Source of the DNA: an uncultured Myxococcales bacterium
GTDB taxonomy: Bacteria > Myxococcota > B64-G9
Direction: 5' to 3'
Assembly: GCA_964431605.1 (NCBI GenBank)
Contig: CAYSLH010000004.1
Location: forward strand, 1 to 53,743
DNA: 53,743 bases
Part shown: positions 45,904 through 53,743 of the stretch, piece by piece
How the letters are laid out: each line of letters opens with the position of its first letter
How positions within the stretch are numbered: the first letter of the stretch is position 1
Notes under the pieces: generated by a model
What the model was told of the DNA's origin: nothing
The model's input: only the letters and a program-made list of their open reading frames with translations
Database searches by the model: none
Program-made: the position numbers and the translations under genes

Positions 45904-45960
45904 AATTAGATCACCATCTCGATCTTGTAGACACTCAGAGATTCGGCCAGCACAAACGAT

Positions 45961-48078
45961 TCATAGGACATATTCCGGCAGGCTGTCGCATAGATCATCC
46001 AGCCCCATGTCCAGTACTGGAATATCCGGCAAGCTATTGATGAAAATCCGCCCGTAGGATTTCGTAACAATCCTGTTATCCAGGACCACCACAGCCCCAC
46101 GATCCCTCACAGACCTTATCAATCTGCCAAATCCCTGTTTGAGGCGCAACACAGCCCTGGGCAAACTCAACTGTCTGAAAGCATTATCCAAGAGTTCCGC
46201 TCTCGCCTGCATGATAGGATCAGACGGAACATCGAAAGGGAGTTTGGTTACTATCACCAACCTCAATGAATCTCCAACTACATCTATGCCCTGCCAAAAG
46301 GAATGGGTCCCAAAAAGAACCGACGAACTATTATGTCTGAACCTGGAGAGCAACTTGTGCCTGGGCGCCAGGCCCTGGCACAATGCTTCCATGCCCATAG
46401 ATTGCAATTGTGATGAACTGCGATCGAAAGAACTCATCATGAGCTTCCATGAGGTAAACAACACCAACGCCCCACCTGAACTGGCGCCGACCAACCGAAC
46501 GATGGCATTTGGCAACCACTGTTCGAATCTCGCATCACGCGGTTCTGGAGAATCGAAAGGAATGGCCAGAACCGCTGAAGAGCTAAAGTCGAAAGGACTC
46601 TCCAATCTCAGAGTCCTGGTACTGTGCCCGTCGAGCAAATCCAGCCCCAGGCGTGACGCCTGGTATTCGAACGACCCCTTTACAGTCAGCGTCGCGGAAG
46701 TCAAAACAACCGTTCTCATATTGTTGAACAATATTTTTTTGAATTTATCCGCAAGGTCCAAAGGCGCAGATGCTATGGATACGAACCTACCTGATGGGTT
46801 TGATCCCAGTTCCACCCATTGAACCTTTTGTCCTTTCTCTTCCTCCTGGTACTCCGTCAATCTGCGAAAGGACTCGGCGAGCTTACCAAGTCGCTTTACG
46901 CCCAGGCGGCCCTCCACTGCTGCGCTCGTATCGTCACTCTGTGATTCCAACCTCCCAAGCATTTCTTCCATGAAACGCGAGAGTTTATCGAGTTGATTGG
47001 CAGCCGTTCGAAAGGCTTCACCCACAGCCACCCATCCACCTTGGATCATGAGATCTCTATTCAAGCGTAACTTGCCATATGGAGAATCACCGAGAAATGG
47101 TTCTGAAAACTGCACCAGCATATCGAAGGCGCCATCCACTGCCGCGCGTGTATACTTGGCCAGTTCAGCAAGGCTACGGTAAGAAAGTTGTCCTCCCAAC
47201 CTTTCATACTCCAGCGCCAGGTTGTTGAGTATTCCAGGCTTCGTTTTCTGATCCTTGACCGACTTGAACAACGATCCGAGCAAACCGAGCGCAGCCTTTC
47301 TAGACACCTTTGATCCAAAAAAGGCAGAAGCAGCATCCTCCAGCCCATGAGCTTCGTCGAGGACAAGCCTTTCAAAGGGAGGCAATACAGCGGTTCGTGT
47401 CCAGTCGTCCAGTTCCATCCTGAGAGCCAAATCGGCGAACAATAGATGGTGGTTTACAACGAGCACATCAGCCCGACCGGCAGCATCCCTTGCGCGTTGG
47501 ACGAAACAATCGTTTATCATCGGACACTTCCTACCCAGGCATGCGTCCGAATCAGCACAAACCAAAGACCACAAAGAATCAGGCACAGGTTCGTCAAGAT
47601 CCGACCTACTGCCGTCCGTGCTGTTGTCGGCCCACCTCATCATCATGGGCAACATGGCCAACTGCGGTCCCGGCTCAAAAAGACTCATCTGCTTGACCAG
47701 GTCGTCAAGCCTCCTGCGACAAAGATAGTTAGCACGTCCTTTCAACAGGACCACTTCCAGGTCTTCACCAAGAACCCGGGACACCAGTGGCAGGTCTTTT
47801 GCCACCAGTTGTTGCTGAAGGTTGATAGTACCGGTTGACAGGACGACCCTCTCGCCACTCTTCAGTGCCCAGGCCGCCATGGGCAGGCCATAAGCGAGGC
47901 TTTTACCGGTACCGGTACCAGCCTCAACCATCAGGACTCGCTCATTGACCAATGCATCCAAGACAGCTTCGGTCATCTGTTGTTGTTGTTTCCTGTATTC
48001 GAACGACGCCAGGTTTTCCGCAAGAGCGCCGCCGGGCGACAAGGCGGAAATAATCCAAGACAGGTCCACCGGTATCAC
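45961..48078 (-). CDS. dinG: ATP-dependent DNA helicase, DinG/XPD (Rad3) family
   Basis: Walker A EAGTGTGKSLAY, DEAH box VLDEAHGLED, a four-Cys Fe-S cluster region (VCADSDACLGRKCPMINDCF), and C-terminal helicase motifs. GTG at 48078 overlaps the upstream stop (GTGA); the track starts at a TTG at 48102. Confidence 0.85.
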   Translation of the reverse strand: MIPVDLSWIISALSPGGALAENLASFEYRKQQQQMTEAVLDALVNERVLMVEAGTGTGKSLAYGLPMAAWALKSGERVVLSTGTINLQQQLVAKDLPLVSRVLGEDLEVVLLKGRANYLCRRRLDDLVKQMSLFEPGPQLAMLPMMMRWADNSTDGSRSDLDEPVPDSLWSLVCADSDACLGRKCPMINDCFVQRARDAAGRADVLVVNHHLLFADLALRMELDDWTRTAVLPPFERLVLDEAHGLEDAASAFFGSKVSRKAALGLLGSLFKSVKDQKTKPGILNNLALEYERLGGQLSYRSLAELAKYTRAAVDGAFDMLVQFSEPFLGDSPYGKLRLNRDLMIQGGWVAVGEAFRTAANQLDKLSRFMEEMLGRLESQSDDTSAAVEGRLGVKRLGKLAESFRRLTEYQEEEKGQKVQWVELGSNPSGRFVSIASAPLDLADKFKKILFNNMRTVVLTSATLTVKGSFEYQASRLGLDLLDGHSTRTLRLESPFDFSSSAVLAIPFDSPEPRDARFEQWLPNAIVRLVGASSGGALVLFTSWKLMMSSFDRSSSQLQSMGMEALCQGLAPRHKLLSRFRHNSSSVLFGTHSFWQGIDVVGDSLRLVIVTKLPFDVPSDPIMQARAELLDNAFRQLSLPRAVLRLKQGFGRLIRSVRDRGAVVVLDNRIVTKSYGRIFINSLPDIPVLDMGLDDLCDSLPEYVL

Positions 48079-49742
48079 CTGCGAACCCAGCGACCCAACC
48101 AATATGCCAATCTGAAATCAGGACCCGCATACATACCGGAACCATCTCCTCCACCGTTTGGAATATGAGGATTGGAACGCCAAAAATAATTTGAAGGAGG
48201 CCTAAGGGACATGGGAAGAGGCTCTGCGACCAGCAAACTACCGTTTCGACCGACCTCCCCTAAAACTGTCAGCATGGTCTGCCCATCTTCTGCCACACAT
48301 TGGCCGGACTGAATTTCCTGCTCGTCACAGTTGGTCTTTTTGAAATCCCAAAATGGTGGAGCAGGAAACTGCCTGAGCGTATCTATGCCCCTTTGCCTGG
48401 CCGCTTCATCCAACTCAACTGAGCAGGACAAATCCACACTGGCGCCGCACATGCCGATGGAATATACGAAATCGTAAAATGACTGTCCCATGTCAACAGG
48501 TTGAAAATCCTCGCCAGGCGTATCATAGAGTTGCTCTTCAAGAGCAGTTTCGAGATGGGCTCTAGCCCCTGGAACGCGAACGTACCTCAACGCCAGCCAA
48601 GCTCCGTCAAAGGCCATATTGTAATTGGAAAAGCTCGAAATTTCACCTAAGTTCAACTCAACGCTGTGCTGTGCAGCGATGGATGGAAGATTTCTCTCGG
48701 CGATCAGATCATCTTCCAGGTATTGGACCACATCTTGTTCATCGGTTATGTATGCCAAGGTACCTATTATTCCCAAAGCCATCAGGGAGTAAAATCCGTT
48801 CCTTACTCCCGGTACCAACAACCTGTCGATATAATTCTCATTCATGTACGCATGAAAAGTCGGCCTTCCATCGGCGTCCGGAATCTCCAGGTCATATCCG
48901 CTGTCTCCCTCTTTCATGTATGCGTGGGCCAATTCAGAGGCATGAGTACGGAGCCTGGATTTGTAATATTCCGGTATGGATTCATCATGTTGCATGACTT
49001 CCCATGCAGCTCCGAACCCCAACACCCAGCCTATGAGCATGTCTCTGGAGCAAGAATCCTCCCAAACATAATCTGGAAGTTGGCCAGAGTTGTCATCACG
49101 CCAGGTGCCGTTGTTTTTTTCAGGAGGAAGAGGCTTTCCCTGTTCGTCAAACAAAGGAACCGTCTGTACGTTTTGCCCGGCTCCCTGGTAGGTTACGTTG
49201 GCAAAACCTCTTGCTATGACCCCATCCACACCCGTGATCCGTACAGCAACGGCCAACCCATCCAATGATCGAAGAAATTGTTCTCTCGCCAGGTCTACCT
49301 GATCTTCGGGATAGTGTTGATCTCTCAGGGTTCCATAACGATACGCGTCAGCAGCCAGGCCCGCGCCTGCATATGCTCCAGCGACCTTCCACCACGAATC
49401 CACCACCTGTTCGACCTTGTAGCCGCTAAAAGCCTCGAAATCCCAACCGTCATCTTCCCAAAGAAATTCCTCTATGGCTTGACGCTCTGCTGTCTTAGCC
49501 GAGGAAATGCTGATTTCGGCGTTCAGGCCCGTTGGCAAGGTATGAAAAACATGAAATTGCCTGTCTCTCATTCGTGCCAGATGTTCTAGTTGTGCATCGT
49601 ATCCTTGTTCTGCCGGCCCAGGAATGAATGACGAATAGTCATAAGAATACAAGCCATGGGATCCCGGTTCACCACATGCACAAGAGACGATGACCATCAA
49701 AGTCGACATAACCGCCATCGATAAACGATTCATGAAAACCAT
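48075..49742 (-). CDS. hypothetical lipoprotein/secreted protein
   Basis: 555 aa. Signal plus a Cys (LMVIVSCAC). Mostly helical, Trp/Tyr-rich sequence. I recognise no family. Confidence 0.5.
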   Translation of the reverse strand: MVFMNRLSMAVMSTLMVIVSCACGEPGSHGLYSYDYSSFIPGPAEQGYDAQLEHLARMRDRQFHVFHTLPTGLNAEISISSAKTAERQAIEEFLWEDDGWDFEAFSGYKVEQVVDSWWKVAGAYAGAGLAADAYRYGTLRDQHYPEDQVDLAREQFLRSLDGLAVAVRITGVDGVIARGFANVTYQGAGQNVQTVPLFDEQGKPLPPEKNNGTWRDDNSGQLPDYVWEDSCSRDMLIGWVLGFGAAWEVMQHDESIPEYYKSRLRTHASELAHAYMKEGDSGYDLEIPDADGRPTFHAYMNENYIDRLLVPGVRNGFYSLMALGIIGTLAYITDEQDVVQYLEDDLIAERNLPSIAAQHSVELNLGEISSFSNYNMAFDGAWLALRYVRVPGARAHLETALEEQLYDTPGEDFQPVDMGQSFYDFVYSIGMCGASVDLSCSVELDEAARQRGIDTLRQFPAPPFWDFKKTNCDEQEIQSGQCVAEDGQTMLTVLGEVGRNGSLLVAEPLPMSLRPPSNYFWRSNPHIPNGGGDGSGMYAGPDFRLAYWLGRWVRR

Positions 49743-49915
49743 CCTGTTTGACCATAGGACAATATGTACTCATACGACAAGGAGTCTGCCAGAAGGGCCG
49801 GATTCACACAAGCTTTGGCAAGATCACATAAAATTTTGAATAGACAGCGAATTGTGTTCTATCATGTAGCGTATGATTGGAACAAACGTTCACGAATGCC
49901 AGGAGGCGAAATCAA

Positions 49916-50971
49916 ATGGCGATAAGGCTATGTGTTACAAGTTCTATGATACTTGCATTTTGGGGTTTGCTGTCCTGTCAACCTTCGGCTCAGACTAAAC
50001 CAACCGCAAAAGGGGAACAAAAGCTACAATCCAAAACAGTTGAGCTAAAGGGTTCATGGGAACAGGACATCAAGCAAAAGCTTCAGGACCTCATCTCAGA
50101 AAAGGCAAAGGGCTCAAAAACATTTTCAGAAGCCAAGCCTCCCGTGGCTGTGTTTGATTTTGACAACACTAGTATTCATGGCGACATCGGCCGCGCATTT
50201 TTCGACTGGATGATCCTGCATCAAAAATTTCTCTTTACGGACGAATTGTTCAATGTTTTGCCGGAGGACAAAAGGGAAGAGATCAAGAAGGCTTGGCAAG
50301 AACTTCAAAAGCTTCCAAAGGACAAGAGAGCCAAGTCGGTGGAGTTGCAAAAATTTCGCAAATACATGCACCAGGCCTACTGGAGCCTCTGCCATGAGAC
50401 TTCGCCCGAGAAGTGTTACCCATGGCAGGTGAGGTTTTACGCGGGCTACAGTCCTGAACAGATCAGGACCATGGCCCAAAAAGTGTTCGAGTATGAGTTG
50501 AGCCGTCCCTTGGGTTCTGAACCAATAAAAGCAGGCAAAGACGATCCAGCACCAGCCATCACGTCGACTGGTATCAGAATCAACGAAGAAATACTCGACT
50601 TGATGGCAATCCTGCAGGACAGGGGATTCCAGGTTTGGATAGTCACAGCCGGGCCCCAATGGGTCGTTCAGGGCGCCGCAAAAAGGTTCAACCTGGATCC
50701 TAAAAGAATCATAGGTATGAGAACCGTGCTAAAAGACGGTAAACTGACAACGGAGATGGAACCACCGCCCACGTTCAGAAAAGGCAAAGTCCAGGCCATC
50801 GAAAAATTCATAGGCTATAAACCAGTCCTGGCGGTGGGTGACTCGTGGACCGATGCAGACATGCTGGAATATGCCGAACATGCTATTTTGATAGATAGGG
50901 GATATGAGGATCTGAAGAAAAAGGCTTTCGATTCCGGATGGTGGGTACAGCCGACATTCGCCACGAGGTGA
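49916..50971 (+). CDS. HAD-superfamily hydrolase lipoprotein
   Basis: ATG at 49916 is preceded by GGAGG. Lipobox GLLSC. HAD motif I FDFDNT. Motif IV-like VGDSWTDADML. Confidence 0.7.
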   Translation: MAIRLCVTSSMILAFWGLLSCQPSAQTKPTAKGEQKLQSKTVELKGSWEQDIKQKLQDLISEKAKGSKTFSEAKPPVAVFDFDNTSIHGDIGRAFFDWMILHQKFLFTDELFNVLPEDKREEIKKAWQELQKLPKDKRAKSVELQKFRKYMHQAYWSLCHETSPEKCYPWQVRFYAGYSPEQIRTMAQKVFEYELSRPLGSEPIKAGKDDPAPAITSTGIRINEEILDLMAILQDRGFQVWIVTAGPQWVVQGAAKRFNLDPKRIIGMRTVLKDGKLTTEMEPPPTFRKGKVQAIEKFIGYKPVLAVGDSWTDADMLEYAEHAILIDRGYEDLKKKAFDSGWWVQPTFATR

Positions 50972-50979
50972 GCCATTCC

Positions 50980-52590
50980 ATGCTCAGCCACACCAATACC
51001 CGCATAAGAATCCATCAATCAGCTATAGCCTTGCTCTTGCTGGTTGCCTTTTTCCCGGCAGGATCTTTCGCAACGAACACTTGCCTCGATCTGTACCACA
51101 AACAAAAATCTTTTCTTTCCAATCCGGATGAATCGATTCTCATCGCTGGTATCATCGGTTGGTGCAGAAACAACAAGCGACGTATTATTTGGGACGAAAG
51201 ATATGCAATGGTGGCCAGGAAGTGGAGCGGATTCTTGGTGGACATGGGAGGACCAGGAGCTAAATCCCTACCTCAGGACAGACTGAAATTCGAACTCCTT
51301 CGCGTGGGGGTCACGGACGCAGCCATACTCCCGTTTTCCACATTGGGCCCATCGGAAAAGATTCCTCCCAGCCTCTTGAAATTTTTAGACGAGCAGGTAA
51401 AGAGTGGAAGGTATACACACTTCGGGGTTGGCGTGACCAGGACCGCCAATCAAAAACAGATGCTCACCACATTGATCCTGGGTCGTAGACCCGCATTCAT
51501 AAAACCCCTGCCGGTATGTCCACCTCCCGGCAGCAGGCAAACCATCGAGTTGGCATTGCTCAGGGGATACAGCCATCCTACCTGGCTCATGACCACCCCC
51601 AATGGGGATGTAAAAAAAGGAGTGCTTGAATACGAAGAAGGCAAATGGACCAGCGAGATACCTTTTGACTCCGGAGCCGGTGAATACACCATGGAAGTGA
51701 CAGTCAACGGTCCGACAGGACCTGAAGTGACGGCCTTGTTTCCCCTGTATTGCGGCATGCAGCGACCCAAGATACCAAAGGTAAAGGCGAGGCCTGCTCC
51801 AAACCGCTACCATAACCCTGCAGAAGCGGAGCAGGCCTTGGTGGCGATGATAAACAAAGACCGCGAGTCTTTGAAGCTGCCCCCCCTTTCTAAGGATGAA
51901 GAACTTTGCAAAATTGCCCGCAGTCATGCCATGCAGTTGTTGTTCGACAGGCACGCTACTCACAGAACGAAAAAAACTGGCGCACTGGTGGATAGGCTCA
52001 GAAAAGCCGGTGTAACATTCGATCGTGCGCTGGAAAACGTCTCCCTGTCATCTAGTCCGGAAGCAGCCCATGAGCGCCTTATGTCCAGCCCGGGACACAG
52101 GATAAACATCCTGGACCCTGATGTTACCGTAGTCGGAGTCGGCATTGCCATGGAGAGGACCTCCTATGAAGATATCGTGGCTGTTTGCGAAGTTTTTCTC
52201 GAGTTGCCCGAGACGGGTCCAGAGGTAACCACGGTAAAAAGAATCCTGGAAATGGTCAACGACCGTCGCAAAAAGAGAGGAAGGTTCGCCTTGGGACTGG
52301 ACTCCGAACTATCGAGACTTGCCAGACAAAGCGCACGCAGGCTAATGGCGCTTGACTCCAAGGCAGACCCGGGCGAAGAAGGCGATTCTCTTATGCAGGA
52401 GTTGGAAGACGAGTGGGGTGTATCCGACGCTGCCATAAGATATTTTCACACTACCAATCCAGCAAGGATCCTTGCTTCCGCCGAAATACTGGAAGAAGGG
52501 TTCAACCGATTGGGAGTCGGTATTGCAAGATCATACGACAAGTCCAGGTCCGGACAAATGTGGATCGCGATTATTTTCGCAGGGCGTTAG
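50980..52590 (+). CDS. secreted protein with two CAP/SCP (YkwD-like) domains
   Basis: Signal peptide IALLLLVAFFPAGSFA. CAP-type segments (LMSSPGHRINILDPDVTVVGVGIA and FNRLGVGIA). ATG at 50980 follows the HAD stop; the track start at 50938 overlaps the HAD gene. Confidence 0.7.
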   Translation: MLSHTNTRIRIHQSAIALLLLVAFFPAGSFATNTCLDLYHKQKSFLSNPDESILIAGIIGWCRNNKRRIIWDERYAMVARKWSGFLVDMGGPGAKSLPQDRLKFELLRVGVTDAAILPFSTLGPSEKIPPSLLKFLDEQVKSGRYTHFGVGVTRTANQKQMLTTLILGRRPAFIKPLPVCPPPGSRQTIELALLRGYSHPTWLMTTPNGDVKKGVLEYEEGKWTSEIPFDSGAGEYTMEVTVNGPTGPEVTALFPLYCGMQRPKIPKVKARPAPNRYHNPAEAEQALVAMINKDRESLKLPPLSKDEELCKIARSHAMQLLFDRHATHRTKKTGALVDRLRKAGVTFDRALENVSLSSSPEAAHERLMSSPGHRINILDPDVTVVGVGIAMERTSYEDIVAVCEVFLELPETGPEVTTVKRILEMVNDRRKKRGRFALGLDSELSRLARQSARRLMALDSKADPGEEGDSLMQELEDEWGVSDAAIRYFHTTNPARILASAEILEEGFNRLGVGIARSYDKSRSGQMWIAIIFAGR

Positions 52591-52600
52591 AATATAAGGT

Positions 52601-53743
52601 ATGACACCCTGGATTGGAAAAACCTCTATTCGTCATCCCAGGCTACTTGCCTTCAAACAAATCCTGTCACAAATCTCGGATGGTCGGGATGTATGGAACG
52701 GTTTTTTTCAACGACTACCTCTGACACTCGGAGAATCATCGGTAGATAGGATAGTGCCTTTTTCCCTTTCAGATGAGTTCAACGATGTCATGACACTAGC
52801 TGTAGACTCTTTGCTCGATCTTCTCCATCGCAGGATGGACCCGGAATACGAGAAGGAAAAGCAAAGGATGCTACTTCCGGACCAGAGTAAAAAGGTAATA
52901 CTTTGGCCCAGAAGAATCTGCCCCAGGACCATACCAGAAGGAGATGCTGCCAGAAAAGTTGTTCAAATCGCCTTGCTGGAATCACCTTTTCTGGACAGCG
53001 GCCTGCTGGAGAGTTGGCTCGCTAAGGCTGCGGGAGGTAAAGATCTTTTTGACGCGCTCAATAAATCCATGGGCATGGCCTTTGCCTGGACCATGGGCCA
53101 GCCGTCTTTTTCAGGCGTAGGTGTCATGGTACAATTGGCACTACTAAACTCAATCCTCAACGCCAAGGAACGAATCAAGAAAGTCAAAATTCCGAACCTT
53201 ACCTACGGAAGATTGGAACAGGCAGTAGGTATGGCTTTACACGCCATGTTCCGACAGGCATTCGAATCAGCCCTGGCCCAATCAGGAAGACCACCAATTG
53301 GCTCTGACGAGCACACGGATATGATGGTAGGGCTAATCAGCCTGTGTCCTGTGACCTTTCTTTCCATCAGGTCAACTGAACTAACCACGGATATAAATCC
53401 CTACTCCATGCCACAAGAGGTGGCTCAGCTGCTACAACCCACCTACCAGGCGGCCCTCGAACATGACAACGACCCCTCTTTCCTACTCAAAACCATATTG
53501 TCCGAATTATCCAGGACCGGCCCCTTGAGGACCAGTTTACTGCAGCTTTCGGCCACTGAATCCCTTAGAAGACTCATTCTGGCTCACCTAGTTGCGCATG
53601 AAGATCCGTCATTGGAAACAGACCAGTTGCTGGCTTACTGCTTTCCTTCCAACGCAGGCATATTGGACCTGATGGACAACAATACCATCCTCGGCCAAAT
53701 CACATCTGAACTCACCGACAGGGTAAATGTTCTCAGGCATCAC
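52601..53743 (+). CDS. hypothetical protein, 3'-truncated by the window end (absent from the supplied ORF track)
   Basis: I read 381 codons from the ATG at 52601 to the last base with no in-frame stop. AAGGT lies 1 nt upstream of the ATG. The protein looks helical and I recognise no family. Confidence 0.6.
   Translation, partial: MTPWIGKTSIRHPRLLAFKQILSQISDGRDVWNGFFQRLPLTLGESSVDRIVPFSLSDEFNDVMTLAVDSLLDLLHRRMDPEYEKEKQRMLLPDQSKKVILWPRRICPRTIPEGDAARKVVQIALLESPFLDSGLLESWLAKAAGGKDLFDALNKSMGMAFAWTMGQPSFSGVGVMVQLALLNSILNAKERIKKVKIPNLTYGRLEQAVGMALHAMFRQAFESALAQSGRPPIGSDEHTDMMVGLISLCPVTFLSIRSTELTTDINPYSMPQEVAQLLQPTYQAALEHDNDPSFLLKTILSELSRTGPLRTSLLQLSATESLRRLILAHLVAHEDPSLETDQLLAYCFPSNAGILDLMDNNTILGQITSELTDRVNVLRHH

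Overview
The window is gene-dense chromosomal DNA: about 48 CDS, 4 tRNAs and very little non-coding sequence. I found no transposase, integrase, CRISPR array, rRNA or prophage signature. Gene content points to a Myxococcota/Bdellovibrionota-like ('deltaproteobacterial') lineage; this is inference only. The pointers are Cys-rich MopE-like and thrombospondin type-3 repeat lipoproteins, an FGE-sulfatase domain, a PATAN/DUF4388 domain, HD-GYP paralogs and sigma-54-like elements. Housekeeping blocks: tRNA-Leu, an OMP-like gene, tig-clpP-clpX-lon, then tRNA-Val and tRNA-Asp (minus strand, 111-7330); slyD/purC; an aminotransferase-coaD-rsmD block; holB-ricT(PSP1)-metG-HEAT-tatD; dinG. Regions worth a second look: (1) a translationally coupled trio at 23817-27165, made of a YhaM-like OB/HD nuclease, a stand-alone MshEN c-di-GMP receptor with two textbook motifs, and a degenerate HD-GYP / pseudo-receiver (D->E) / PATAN protein; (2) an operon at 36095-39732 of a HEAT protein, a degenerate HD-GYP and an ACT protein; (3) an uncharacterised trio next to tRNA-Pro (7580-11864), made of a GT-C-like polytopic membrane protein, an AAA+ ATPase and a TPR/2-TM protein; (4) a TatD nuclease fused to a radical-SAM domain (29198-30652); (5) a six-gene Mla/Mce-type lipid-transport operon extended by a beta-barrel protein and a lipase-like hydrolase, with a STAS domain fused to MlaE (39792-45903); (6) an envelope cluster of a FecR-domain protein, a TPR-barrel protein and a lipoprotein, with a sigma-54-like promoter. 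The supplied ORF track misses a 3'-truncated CDS (52601-53743). It also over-extends several N-termini, and I re-called those starts from RBS evidence. All functional calls rest on motifs recognised by eye; no database search was possible.
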